Assembly (NCBI RefSeq): GCF_006345805.1
Contig: NC_043008.1
Location: 28,024,001-28,088,000 of the forward strand
DNA: 64,000 nucleotides
Source: Octopus sinensis
Taxonomy: Eukaryota
Direction of reading: 5' to 3'
The position numbers and the translations under genes were made by a program. The notes under the pieces are model-generated. The model was not told the DNA's origin. It searched no databases and saw nothing but the letters and a program-made list of their open reading frames with translations. Every line of letters begins with the position of its first letter. Position 1 is the first letter of the stretch. Below, piece by piece: positions 1-12,319 of this stretch.

Positions 1-29
1 ACATGTATATATATATATATTATATATAT

Positions 30-73
<44 letters not shown>

Positions 74-332
74 TTATATATATAATATATATATATATAT
101 AATTTAATCAATATAGGGTGGTGAAAAAAATTTTTGTAGAATTCTTTTGCCACCAGCGGGCCCAGTGGGAAAAAATTAAATAGTCATAGACCATTTTTAA
201 GTTCAACATCAACAATCAAGGAACGGCCATAATAGGCCATTCACCACTAGAAATAACAGCCAAAGCTTCAACCCCGCAAATAAAGATCAATTCCGTAAAC
301 AGAGAAAATTTAAAAAAAACATTTACCCTGTA

Positions 333-439
333 ATTTCTTGTACGATGCACCGTTTCGTCTGCTGTTTAATGGTAAACTAACCTGATTAAATTAAATCAAG
401 CCAATCTTCCATAGGCCCTCAGATTCTTCAGCAAGAAAT
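333..439 (-). ncRNA. Type I hammerhead ribozyme (inverted copy of 716-821)
   Basis: Reverse complement of the motif at 716-821. Confidence 0.75.
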
Positions 440-715
440 AGCCAAGATTGTTGATGTTGAACTTAAAAATGGTCTATGACTATTTAATTTTTTCCACTGG
501 GCCGCTGGTGGCAAAAAGAATTCTACAAAAATTTTTTTCACCACCCTATATTGATTAATTATGAATTTTCTGGTTAATTCCGTAATGGAATCGACGGCTT
601 ATATTTATTTGCTGCCGATAAATTTGGCGCGAGTGCGACGATTTGAAAATTTTAGGTCAGATATTAACTTGGCAGGGTCGGAAATGCCTCGTGTAATATC
701 TGTTCCGACTTGGCT

Positions 716-821
716 ATTTCTTGCTGAAGAATCTGAGGGCCTATGGAAGATTGGCTTGATTTAATTTAATCAGGTTAGTTTACCATTAACAGCAGACGAA
801 ACGGTGCATCGTACAAGAATT
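716..821 (+). ncRNA. Type I hammerhead ribozyme with extended stem II
   Basis: TTCTTG-CTGAAGA-ATCTG...CAGAC-GAAA-CGGTGCATCGT-A-CAAGAA. Stem I is TTCTTG/CAAGAA, stem III is ACGG-TGCA-TCGT, and the GUA cleavage triplet ends at 813. Confidence 0.8.
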
Positions 822-940
822 ACAGGGTAAATGTTTTTTTAAATTTTCTCCTGTTTACGGAATTGATCTTTATTTGCGGTTGAAGCTTTGGCTGTTATTT
901 CTAGTGGGTGAATGGCCTATTATGGCCGTTCCTTGATTGT

Positions 941-986
<46 letters not shown>

Positions 987-1011
987 TATATATATCTATA
1001 TATATATATGT

Positions 1012-1089
<78 letters not shown>

Positions 1090-1154
1090 TATATTATAAT
1101 ATATATATTATATATATAATATAATATATGTATGTATGTATATATATATACTAA

Positions 1155-1352
1155 TATTAGGGTTAGCAAAGGACTTTTTAAGTAGAAGAAATGGCTTACA
1201 TTTTGGCTGCTATTTCTGAGCTTCGGTATGTGGTAATGCATTCCTTTGCTGACCCCTTAATTTAGTATTACTACAATTTACCGTATAACGGTCCTGTTTT
1301 CATACCGAATTCTACTTGGTGAAATTATTGATTACTTCGTAATTAATTAGTT
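1155..1352 (+). mobile_element. Diverged fragment related to the 550-bp HHR repeat family
   Basis: GCTGCTATTTCT..TTCGGTATG..GGTCC..CATACCGAAT..TACTTGGTGAAATT..AATTAATT..TTTTACCCT is collinear with the reverse complement of the 20931 unit. Confidence 0.6.
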
Positions 1353-1365
1353 TTACCCTTAATTA

Positions 1366-1445
<80 letters not shown>

Positions 1446-1474
1446 ATATATATATGTTTATATATATATATATA

Positions 1475-2356
1475 GGGTGCCATGTGCAATTGTCACCATA
1501 CTATATTTGTAATTTTGCTCATGCGCATTGTTTGTTTTTGTTTTGTCGACTACACAGTATAGTAGGGTCAGTTGGGCAACATGACGCAATTCACTCTGCC
1601 AGAAATTTTGAAACGACATGCTGAACCTATTGGCACTCACTCCGGAAGCTCGATTAAAAAAGAATTAGACTGTCTGGTTGTCATTCCGAGTACAGTGCAT
1701 GTACCGAGAGCGATAAAAGAAAACATCCAATCAACATCATGATGTTTTGGAGTGATCACTAGTGATTGGGACGGTATGCCTTCATTCGTTCTACCCACAC
1801 GGCCCCAGTCTCAACACAGAAGCCTACATCAAGTGACCGGTGTATGTACTGCTGACCTGGGTCAAAAGATTGCGTGCTGGAAGACCCTGTGTCTATCAAC
1901 ACGACTCTGCACCATGCTACACGTGCAGAGGAACCCAACTTGTTTGTCAGGTAATTTCTGCGACCACATCACTCCTAAAACCTAGCTACCTGACACCATA
2001 GACTTGAATACCCTCGATTACTATGTAAGTGGCGGGAAGGGGGGCTGTTAAGCGAGTGACCAACAAAACTCTTCGTAACACCAATGATGAAGTGAAGGTA
2101 AGGGTTATGGCAATATTTACCAACTTAAACAAGGACACCGTTCAGATGAGCTAAAGGAGATTCGACAGTCGTCTGGAGGGTGTGGTTAAAGCCAATGGCA
2201 ATTGTATTGAATGCATTTAATGTTAGTATTTCAAGATATGTGTATGGAAGTTTGGTAAATATATCTGTTAAAATGAGATGTTAATATTATTTTCATTTTT
2301 AGTAAGGCATGTGTATTCTATTATGTTATTTTAATGTTTGTTTATTCATTGCACCC
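1475..2356 (+). mobile_element. Tc1/mariner superfamily maT (DD37D) transposon, internally deleted and decayed
   Basis: Termini TA-GGGTGCCATG / CATTGCACCC-TA form an inverted repeat with TA flanks. 1740-2215 encodes frameshifted MFFGVITSD..QHDSAPC..NFCDHITP..DLNTLDYY; 37 residues lie between the last two Asp after correcting one frameshift. Confidence 0.85.
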
Positions 2357-2369
2357 TATATCTATCTAA

Positions 2370-2437
<68 letters not shown>

Positions 2438-2444
2438 ATCTATA

Positions 2445-2480
<36 letters not shown>

Positions 2481-2483
<3 letters not shown>

Positions 2484-3010
2484 ATATATATATATATATA
2501 TATATATAACTGTAGTTGTGTGAGTGTCTGTCCCCTTCGATTTAGATTCCTAACTACTCCCACATTTTGCGGTGCAGTTTAACCAAATTCGGGTATCTTA
2601 TGGTCGTGATTCATATCAAGCCCGTCTGGGTATTAGCGCGCGTCTACAATGAGTCTACGATTTTAAAAATAATTTAACATAATATTTTATTCCATTTTAA
2701 TGCATATTTTTTCGTGTGTCGATGGCGGCGGAGTTGGTATCCACGCTCACACCTGCACATGTGTTGCTTCTCCCACTTCTTCCCTCCCTCGTGAAGCTGT
2801 GGGGAAGGGAGTGTAAGGAAATCAAAGTCGTGATGCGTTGTCAAGGAGACCAGCGTTCTTTTAGAACAACGACTTCATGGCTTGAAGTCGCCAAAACAGA
2901 AATCGCTAAAAAAGATGAAACAGATCCACAAAAACAGCAATTACCGCCACACAGGGCAAGTTTCCTGTGCAAACAATTTGCACAACCGAATGTTTTAGTT
3001 GTTGCACAAA
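2481..3010 (+). mobile_element. Non-autonomous Helitron, 5' part (no 3' end)
   Basis: 2510-2710 is homologous to 3030-3210 and 35345-35530. No hairpin-CTAG end is seen. Confidence 0.6.
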
Positions 3011-3595
3011 TCTTTATATATAAAAGTAAGGTTGTGTGTCTGTCTCCTACGATTTAGATTACTAACTACTCCCACATTTTGCGGTGTAGTGTAATCAAAA
3101 CCGGGTATCTTATAGTCATGATTCATATCGAGCCCTTCTGGGTATTAGCGCGCGTCTACGATGAGTCTACGATTTTAAATATAATTTACCATCATTTTTT
3201 ATTCCATTTTAAAGCATTTTTCGCTATTATATAAGGGAAGTAAGTCTCTAAAAATGTCTACGATGAGTCTACGATTTAAAAAAAAAATACCATCATTTTT
3301 AATTCCATTTTAATGCATTTTTCGCTATTATATAAGGGAAGTAACTCTCTAAAAATGTCTACGATGTGTCAACGATTAAAAAAAGAATTACCATAATTTT
3401 TTATTCCATTTTAATGCATTTTTCGCTATTATATAAGGGATGTACATCTCTAAAAATGTCTACGATGAGTCAGCGATTTAAAAACAGAATTCCAATTTTA
3501 ATGCATTTTTTGCTATTTTTTTGCTATAAATCACTAAAAATGCTTATATTGTTATTTCCATTACAAACCCAAGCAACGCCGGGCGATACTGCTAG
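3011..3595 (+). mobile_element. Non-autonomous Helitron with internal ~120-bp subrepeats
   Basis: 5' TC (TCTTTATATATAAAAG), 3' CCC-AAGCAACGCC-GGG hairpin then CTAG, inserted between A and T. Confidence 0.8.
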
Positions 3596-3662
3596 TATAT
3601 ATATATATATATATATATTATATTATATATATATATATCAATCTCTCTCTCTCACTATATAT

Positions 3663-3705
<43 letters not shown>

Positions 3706-3707
<2 letters not shown>

Positions 3708-4119
3708 GTGGCTGTGTGGTAAGTAGCTTGCTAACCAACCCCATGGTTCTGGGTTCAGTCCCACTGCGTGGCATCTTGGACAAGTGCCTTCTGCTATAGC
3801 CTCGGGCCGACCAAATCCTTCTGAGTGGATTTGGTAGACGGAAACTGAAAGAAGCCTGTCGTATATATGTATATATATAATATATATATATATGTATGTG
3901 TGCGTATATGTTTGTGTGTCTGTGTTTGTCCCCCTAGCATTGCTTGGCAACCGATGCTGGTGTATTTACGTCCCCGTCACTTAGCGGTTCGGCAAAATCG
4001 ACCGATAGAATAAGTACTGGGCTTACAAAGTATAAGTCCCGGGGTCGATTTGCTCGACTAAAGGCGGTGCTCCAGCGTGGCCGCAGTCAAATGACTGAAA
4101 CAAGTAAAAGAGTAAAGAG

Positions 4120-4120
<1 letters not shown>
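3706..4120 (+). mobile_element. tRNA-derived SINE (family 1), near full length
   Basis: Head TGGCTGTGTGG...GGGTTCAGTCCC (A/B-box-like), internal TA/TG tract, and short-repeat tail. Further copies at 7270-7660 and 36453-36592. Confidence 0.8.
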
Positions 4121-4150
<30 letters not shown>

Positions 4151-4367
4151 CTGTGTGTGTGTATAGATATATATAAACAAATGAAAGACAAAAGATGGAA
4201 TATACGAGAATATATTGTTAATCGCAACAATTGTTTCGTCACATTTAGCATTGACTTCTCTTGCAGGACACCCCAAAACTGGTTCAGGAGTGGTGCAGAC
4301 GTATCTCTTCGGGTGATAAATAAATATAAATATCTCGTTAAAATGACTGTTCCATAATGCAAATATG

Positions 4368-4486
<119 letters not shown>

Positions 4487-4489
4487 GGA

Positions 4490-4725
4490 AATTCTATAAT
4501 TATAAGTAGGGTTCAGCAAATTGCTTCACCACATACCGAAATTAGTAATAGCATTTAAATACTATTCCTTTACTATAAGATATCTCGCAGACAGCAATAC
4601 TTTCAATTCACGTATGGAAAGAAAAAAAATGCCGAATCCACCCGGCTTTGTTCAACTACATACGCGTTTCTGGATTAAAGAGATGTAAAATTTTCATTTT
4701 ATTTCCGTCTTCAGGGTAGTATTTG
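4490..4725 (-). mobile_element. Diverged relative of the 550-bp HHR repeat family
   Basis: AGGGTTCAGCAAATT..CACATACCGAA..TAATAGCA matches the unit start, followed in the same order by an HHR. Confidence 0.55.
4656..4719 (-). ncRNA. Type I hammerhead ribozyme, slightly degenerate
   Basis: Minus strand reads CTACC-CTGAAGA-CGGA...TCCA-GAAA-CGCGT-A-TGTAG. Stem III is the palindrome ACGCGT, triplet GUA, with one mismatch at the base of stems I and II. Confidence 0.65.
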
Positions 4726-4773
4726 AGAGTACTAGTAATTTAAATACATATTATTTCATATATATATATATAT

Positions 4774-4823
<50 letters not shown>

Positions 4824-6658
4824 TGTGTGCGTGTGTGTGTGTGTGTGTGTGTATCTTTTATCTTTCACTTGTCTCAGTCATTTTTCTACAGATATGCTGG
4901 AGCAATGCATCCGTTCAGTTGAAGAAATAAACACTTGTGCTACTGTAAATTTAGTTTATAATTCTATCGAAACGTTTTAACGAGCACACGCAATATAAAG
5001 ACACTTCGCACACGCATATATATATACACACGCACCTATACTCATATGAAACGGTATTTTCTTCGCTTAGTGTTCACTAGTTTGATTTTGAAAGCATTGA
5101 TCAATTGAGTACTACTATAAAACACATTTGCCAAACGTACACGTATAAGTACTGCAAGCGAAACCTTTTGACTGAAAACAAAATTTCTTACCAAAGATAC
5201 TTGCTTATGCTTATACACATATATGTTTCTGTGTTTGTGAGTGTGTGTATGTGTGTTTGCGTGTGTGTGTGTGTGTGTGTGTGCGTGCCTGCGTTTGTGT
5301 ATTTAAATGTGTGTATATACTGTAGATCTGACATCAAAATGCATCCATTAGTAAAGCACTGATGGGGCAGTCCAAAAATTAATGGAATGTGGGACCACGT
5401 CTTAACCAATATAGCTTTCGCGGCTACACTGGCCCAGATTAGTAGCACCAGTCAGGTTCACAGCTATAGGTAAATTACTATGGTAATAAACACCACCTTA
5501 GCTGTCTTCATGATATGCTTTTCACTTGATTGCAAGTCGTCTCACTTCGGGCTGTTACTTGGTGCTCAGAGAGTGGTGCTTATTCTGTCCCATCGGTTAT
5601 CATTCTAATGCAATGATGTAAAAATGTCTCACTAAGATGACTTCTAATGTCATTTGTCATACCATCTCATCAAAGTCCCATGGAGAACGAAAAGGATTAA
5701 TGTGTCCAGACCAAATCAGTTGGAAGCGCACTGTTCAAAACAGCAGGGCGGAGTAACCATCTGAGAGGTCACGGATGTAAACTTAGAAATGCGATTGACA
5801 ACGAGCAAGGACAAGCTACGGCAGTTATGTGGTAAGATCGATCTATCACCATGCAAGTGTTTGTGAGTGTGAATATGTTTGTGTGTGTGCGTGCGTGCGT
5901 GTTAGTGCATACTTGTATATAGGCGTATACAGAGACGGAGAGAGGGAGAAAGGGGGAAAGATAAAGAGATAGAGATGGATATAAATACATACAGAGAGAC
6001 AGAGAGAGAGAGGGAGAGGAAGAGAGGCGCTATCAGGGAAATATTTATTGCATTAATCCTATGCCAACTAATAGCTCCTTGCACAAGATTGATGAAATGT
6101 GGCTAACATAAATACATGTCAATGCTTCATACGCAACATCAATAATCGTTGAGATGCATATTTTTGATAATGATTGCTCTCTGCATGTTATATTTGCTTG
6201 ATCATTAATGATGCTTACTGGAGTAAACTAGATTTCCTTTAATGTTTGCCATCGTAGCCATCAGTTGTTTTGAATCTAACATGCAAGAAATCTCGACACG
6301 AAAGCAAGAGAATCTAAGTCATGTAATATATCTGAAATTTCAATATAAAAAACGAAATGATTGAATGATATAGCATCTGAATTAAAAATATGATGACAGG
6401 CAACATGTACGTCTTTATATATGATTGCATTCAAAATATGTTACAAGAGATTTCGATATAATATTAGAACGTGTTTTCAACCAGAATTTGGTTTTAGCGT
6501 TTATTTATTTATTTATTTATTTTCATACATATCGTATCTTTATTCGTATGTTATTAAATACACAAATATACATAAATGCAAGTATTGTTACATTCAAAAA
6601 GATATATATTTGTGTGTGTATATGTTTGTATATGTGTGTGTAAGTGCCAATATATATA

Positions 6659-6695
<37 letters not shown>

Positions 6696-6817
6696 GCATA
6701 TACATGCATATATATACACATACATACCTACATATATATATACATATATACATACATACATGCATACCTATATATATATATATATATATACAAATATATA
6801 TATATATATATAATATA

Positions 6818-6861
<44 letters not shown>

Positions 6862-7269
6862 CCACATATATTTCAGATGGTTGAGAACAGTAGGGTTTAA
6901 GTGAATAATAGCTGTATATCGGAACTATTCCAGAATGATAAAATCATCCTTTTAATCAGGATGGGAATACTTCTGTAGAGCATAGTTAGCAACTAGAAAT
7001 GTATAACCTAACTCTCTAATAAAGATATGACACAGATAGGCATGTGAACATAACGTGATATCAATCATATCCCTTATAAAAGATGTTGCATAATCGTAGC
7101 CACACGTATTTGGGCATGTATTAATGTGTTCATGGAAATATCTTTTAGGTATCAGAAGATTTCCTGGTTCTGTTGAAGTAATGTGTATTACGCAAATAGG
7201 TGTTCATTTACGCAAATATCGAACAAGCAGTCATTAACATCAATTGGTAAGTATAAGTCATTTGTTATA

Positions 7270-7660
7270 GGTGCAGACGTGGCTTGTTTCCCAATCACAT
7301 GGTTCCGTGTTCAGTCTCACTGCGTGTCACACTGGGTGTCATCTACTATTACGTCGGGCTGATCAAAGCCTTGTGAGTGGATATAGTAACTGAAACTTAA
7401 AGAAACCTGTCGTATATATGTAAATACTTATGCGTCTGTGTGTCTTTATGTCAGCCTTTCTTCCCCACCACCACTTGACACCCTGTGATGGTGTGTTTAC
7501 CTCCACGTAACTTGGCAGTTCGGTAAAATCTAAGCGATATGCTAAGGACCATGCTTAAAAAGTAAGTAATGAGTTCGATTCATCCGGCTAAAGATTCTCC
7601 AAGACAGTGCTCTAGCACAGCTTAGATGTAATGATTGGTAAAAGTAAACGATAAAAGAAA
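7270..7660 (+). mobile_element. Older copy of SINE family 1
   Basis: Collinear with 3706-4120 with many substitutions. Confidence 0.7.
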
Positions 7661-7764
7661 ATATGATTAAGTACAAGAGTTGAATTGCCGAAATGTACGC
7701 TTAATGAAGAAGTGTAGTAAAATGAGAACTTGAAAGCATAAACTGGCATTCAAATAAATAAGAA

Positions 7765-8520
7765 AGTCGGCTGAAATGTTCATAGGCTGTTTCATGGAAT
7801 GTGACCAAATGAGTACCCTTTGTTATCCGCACGCTTTCTCCATCGATATTGCAGTGCTTCGAACTTATTGGTGAGCACGCTTTGACCATGTTGGTCAAGT
7901 CACTCATTAAGAGCAGATATCACGTCATCCTCACTGCAATAATGGTTCGCAGCCAAGTCGTTTTTCTTGTTGGGGAACAGATGATAATGATAGTCAGATG
8001 GGGCTGAATCAGTAGTGTAGGGAAGGTGATCAAAGCAAGACATACAAACAACAGACATTGAAACCAGGACTTGTGTGGTGGAGCGTTGTTCAGATTAAAC
8101 AAGACTCAACAGCCTTTCGTAACTGTTTCAGCAAATTGGCATAGTACTTACTTTTGATAATGTGGCACTTTTCCAGATAGTCAGGAAACAATGCCTTTGC
8201 TTCCCCCATATCTGAGGCAATCAATTTTCCTGCAGATGAAACGATCGAAGCCTTCTATGGAGAAGATAAAGCGGGGCGATTCCACTGCTTGGATTGTCTC
8301 GTCTCTAGCCCAAAGTGATCAACACAACACTTATCCTGGTCGAGGATATATGCAAGGTAACCACAGTAGATCTGTCTTCAGCAATGTCACATTTTTGTCT
8401 CATGTGATCAGAGTGATGAAAACATGTCATCCACCAAACATAAACCATCGTGATGCCAAATTCATTTAGCAGAATATTCTGCCCGTATTTGAAACCACCA
8501 CGATAAAACATGTCCATTTT
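7765..8520 (-). mobile_element. mariner transposase remnant with TIR fragment
   Basis: Minus strand encodes DYLEKCHIIKSKYYANLLKQLRKAV. 7765-7820 matches the terminus at 61305-61370 in opposite orientation. Confidence 0.7.
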
Positions 8521-9299
8521 TAAGGAGATTCTAGTAGTTACTTTTGAAGTTTGTTCTAATCTGTCAGCTAAAAATTTATCTGAAACAAAGCAACATTGTT
8601 ATTAATAAGCATATTTGAAATTAATGCATACAACCGAGAATAATGGAGGTAGTCCTGATTGTGATTTCGAAGGAGAAGAAATGTAGTGTGATCGAGGGTG
8701 AGGAGACAGAGATAAATGCGACAATGGGTAGTGATAATTATGGAAGCAAAAGAATAATAAAAGATAAAGAATAAAGTAGAGCATAACTAACGGAGTTAAT
8801 GTCTTTTAGAATTATACTCGTCTAAAAAAAGCATTTATGTTTGATGAAAATAGATGATGAAAATAAGATCAAAGAGATTTTATTTTAAGAAAGAACTAAA
8901 ATAATACAGGTGCCGTTGCAAAAGATAAGTAAATGAAAAGAGAAAATAAAGAAAAATAAAAGATAATTTTAAAAATTATAGGAAGAAAGTTAAGAAGATA
9001 CGTATGTGACTAATCATAGGTATTTACAGAGTTGACAGTGTCATATGAATATATTTATGACAAAATTCGAGCCGGCCCTCTGTTTACCTGTAAATATATG
9101 AGGAAAGTTATATATAATCTAGGAAGATGCTATGTCGAAATTTTGGTTAATAGTTATCTAACAAAATTCGAAAATATTGATCTATGATAAACAAATAACT
9201 ATTCATCTGAATTTCTACCTAAGACTTCCTAACTGTCGTAATATTGTCTTACATGTCATTTAGTCTCACCTATGTATATTATGCTCTTGTCTTTACAAA

Positions 9300-9870
9300 C
9301 ATGCCGGTATTAAACTTAAATACCATGCAGTTATCATTGGTGCATGTGGTATTCTCAAAGGGGCACATCCTACATAGTTGTGATTTGATGGAGCTCCTGG
9401 CTTTTAAACGATATTGATGTCGAGTTTGGCTTCCTTTATAGCTTTCCTAAATCTTCTGGCCAAGTCTTCATGGGTTGTAGCTTCTACAAACATTACTCCT
9501 TGATATTTGTCGGTCTTTTACCACGTGTTCAACCTGTTTGCGTTGTCACAAACTCCTTCTATCCTATTCCAGTCTTTACTTGTATTACAGATATTAGAGT
9601 TTGTCCTAAGTATAATATTAATGCCATCTACATACCAACACTAAAGCAAAGCAGTTGTAGATTGTTCTGCTAAGGATTGCTTAAGATTTCTGTACTACCA
9701 GGTCATCAAGAAACCGATTACATCTCCAGTCCCACCGATGCCAATGGCTGCACCTTGAACCTGCATGTATACTTTCCTGTTAACCTTTACTCTGTTTTTC
9801 TTCAAGGTGGTTCTTATGATAGCCACTATTGCATGTACAAGTATTCTTTTCACCTGAGTATCAAGACATA
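9300..9870 (-). pseudogene. Penelope-like reverse transcriptase remnant (C-terminal motifs)
   Basis: RTTLKKNRVKVNRKVYMQVQGAAIG followed by a YVDG (YxDD-like) motif, with in-frame stops. Confidence 0.65.
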
Positions 9871-10204
9871 AAACTATACATAAGAGACGCACGTACATAG
9901 TCACACATACTAATACACATAGACACACCCAAACATGCTGATACAAGGAGACAGAGGTGCACATACAAATACACACTCATACAAACACACAAACATGAAA
10001 AGAGAAACACTTTGATAGGCAGAATACATACATACAAATGTATACACACGCATACATATGTTTATATGCATACAGGTACATACATACACAGATACATACA
10101 TACATACATACATACATACATAGATACATACATGCATACATACATATATGTATACACATGCACACTTACGCACCAAACGAGCACAGATAAACAAACAAAC
10201 AAAC

Positions 10205-10427
10205 AAACAAAAAGAACGCAGCTCTGATAAAGGACAGCCAACGACTATCAAAGATGTTGCAAGACGCAACAAAATTTTTAGAGAAAATAAATAAAAGGGT
10301 AGAAAGCAAACCAGTGATTGTGTTAAATTATAAGGCACTAAGAGAAAATGACATTCTCAATACACAATAGAATATACTTCAACACACGAATTTACATAAA
10401 GAATCTTGCAAATCAAATATAACGACG

Positions 10428-10461
<34 letters not shown>

Positions 10462-10820
10462 TATATATCTGTAAATGTAATATGTGACACTTATTCGGTA
10501 GCATTTTTTCCGATGACCGGATAACTGAAGAGATGGCGGCGTGGATTTCCACCTCGGCATCCGAAACTCGGAGTTTTAACATGGCTACCGAATAAGTATC
10601 ACATATGACATTTACAGATAAATTCCTCTATTTGCATTCTTTCATTATTTTGCTGTCTTGCCATTTTTCTCAATACTGGATTTGGTTTGCAAGATCCTTT
10701 ATGTGAGTTCGTGTACTGAAGCATATATTGTTGTGTCACTGAAATTTTCGTTGCGTCTTGCTACCTCTTTAATAGTATTTGACTCTGTCCGTTATCCGAG
10801 TTGCATTCTTCTTGTTTGCT
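10205..10820. mobile_element. PLE pseudo-LTR-like inverted repeat enclosing an HHR
   Basis: 10205-10430 is inverted relative to 10670-10820, and 10467-10503 is inverted relative to 10584-10619. Confidence 0.55.
10521..10580 (+). ncRNA. Type I hammerhead-like motif
   Basis: ATAA-CTGAAGA-GATG...GTGGA-TT-TCCAC...CATCC-GAAA-CTCGGAGT-T-TTAAC. Stem III is the quasi-palindrome ACTCGGAGT; stem I is weak. Confidence 0.55.
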
Positions 10821-10977
10821 TGTGCGCATGTGTGTGGGTCAGTGTGCGTGGGCATACACACACAAGGAGACAGAGGTAGACACGCATATCCACATATACA
10901 CACACACGCACACTACACCCACATACATCTACAAAACAGCCTACTAACTATTCTACTTGTATATATATACATATGAA

Positions 10978-11348
10978 GGGAGGCGCAATGGCCCGGTGGT
11001 TAGGGCAGCGGCGTCGCGGTTTCGATTCCCAGACCGGGCGTTGTGGGTGTTTATTGAGCGAAAACACCTAAAAGCTCCACGAGGCTCCGGCAGGGATGGT
11101 GGTGATCCCAGCTGTACTCTTTCACCACAACTTTCTCTCACTCTTACTTCCTGTTTCTGTCATACCTGTATTTCAAAGGGCCGGCCTTGTCACTCTCCGT
11201 GTCACGCTGAATATCCCCGAGAACTACGTTAAGGGTACACGTGTCTGTGGAGTGCTCAGCCACTTACACGTTAATTTCACGAGCAGGCTTTTCCGTTGAT
11301 CGGATCAACCGGAACCCTCGTCGTCGTAACCGACGGAGTGCTTCCACA
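10978..11348 (+). mobile_element. tRNA-derived SINE (family 2)
   Basis: A box TGGCCCGGTGG and B-box-like GTTTCGATTCC, followed by a GC-richer body. Confidence 0.7.
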
Positions 11349-12319
11349 TACATAAGAACTGAAGGTATAGGAGTATTACTCTCCACTGCTTATATTTCCT
11401 ATTTATTACTGCGAATGCTTCAATATATGAGGACGTTCTCCTATATGTGTCTGAGTGTTAGGTTCTTCGTTTGCTTGGATAAATTGCGGATGTCAAGTTG
11501 ACGCAAGTTGCCTCCATATTGGTCTTGACATGTTGGTAGATTATGGAGGACTGTCTGAAACAATATTGCGACAAAACACAGGAAGAGATTGTTGACACCA
11601 AACTGGTGGAAGAGGTTACGAAATTGAGAGTTATGGAGGTCCCGATGCTTCAAGTTGGTCCAGAAGGGCCACATAATAGCAAAGTTCCCCCCACCAAAAG
11701 CATCAGAGCTCTCCCCAATCGTGAAAGATGCCGCCCATCCACATCCTGTGACGCTAGCTCCTGTGACACTAGCTGCGGAGAAAAGGAAAATATTGAGGGA
11801 CCAAGCAAAATGAAGAAATCGTCGCCAGTGATTGGCAGGTGGTATCCAACATAAAAAAGGAAAAACTCCGCCCTACCACTACATACACTAGTTCCCACCT
11901 ACCCCTACTAACCCCAACCCCTGACACTAATCCCTACAGAATTAGTGTCAGATGTGGATGCTAATCTTGCAAATCAATTTGTCCCCACAAGAAAAACACA
12001 TAGGCATGCACACAAGATTTCCAAACTCCCCAACGCTTTCCCAAAAAATTACGTCATAACATGGGGTACTATACCACAGACACAGAGCTAGAGAGAGGGA
12101 AATTCATTCCAACCATTCGAAACTCCCACAAACAATGACATTCCAAAGAATATCAAATTCATTTTCATTGGTAGAAAACAGCATCATGGAGTAAAAACGT
12201 CATTCCTAGACGACGTAGTTCCTCAGAGGAAAAAAATATCATTAACATCACATCACCAACTCATCGAAGTGCTTCACAGACCACAGATGAGGAGTGTTCT
12301 ACTCTCTTCTAATAAGGTT

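Larger units (their letters stand above)
106..944 (+). mobile_element. Non-coding HHR-bearing PLE-type element: ~490-nt sense unit (446-944) preceded by an inverted segment (106-446), inserted in (TA)n
   Basis: 106-217 is the reverse complement of 446-556 and 218-446 the reverse complement of ~709-935. GATTGTTGAT occurs at both 446 and 935, giving a unit of ~489 nt. (TA)n lies on both sides. Confidence 0.8.

Noticed and set aside
10978-11050. tRNA gene calls at SINE heads (also 3706 and 56392)
   Set aside because: A/B boxes are present but no complete cloverleaf, and they continue into repeat bodies.
11543-11854. 103-aa ORF as a host gene or LINE ORF1
   Set aside because: No recognisable motif. 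It may be a decayed ORF1 of the adjacent Tx1/L1 element, but I cannot support that.
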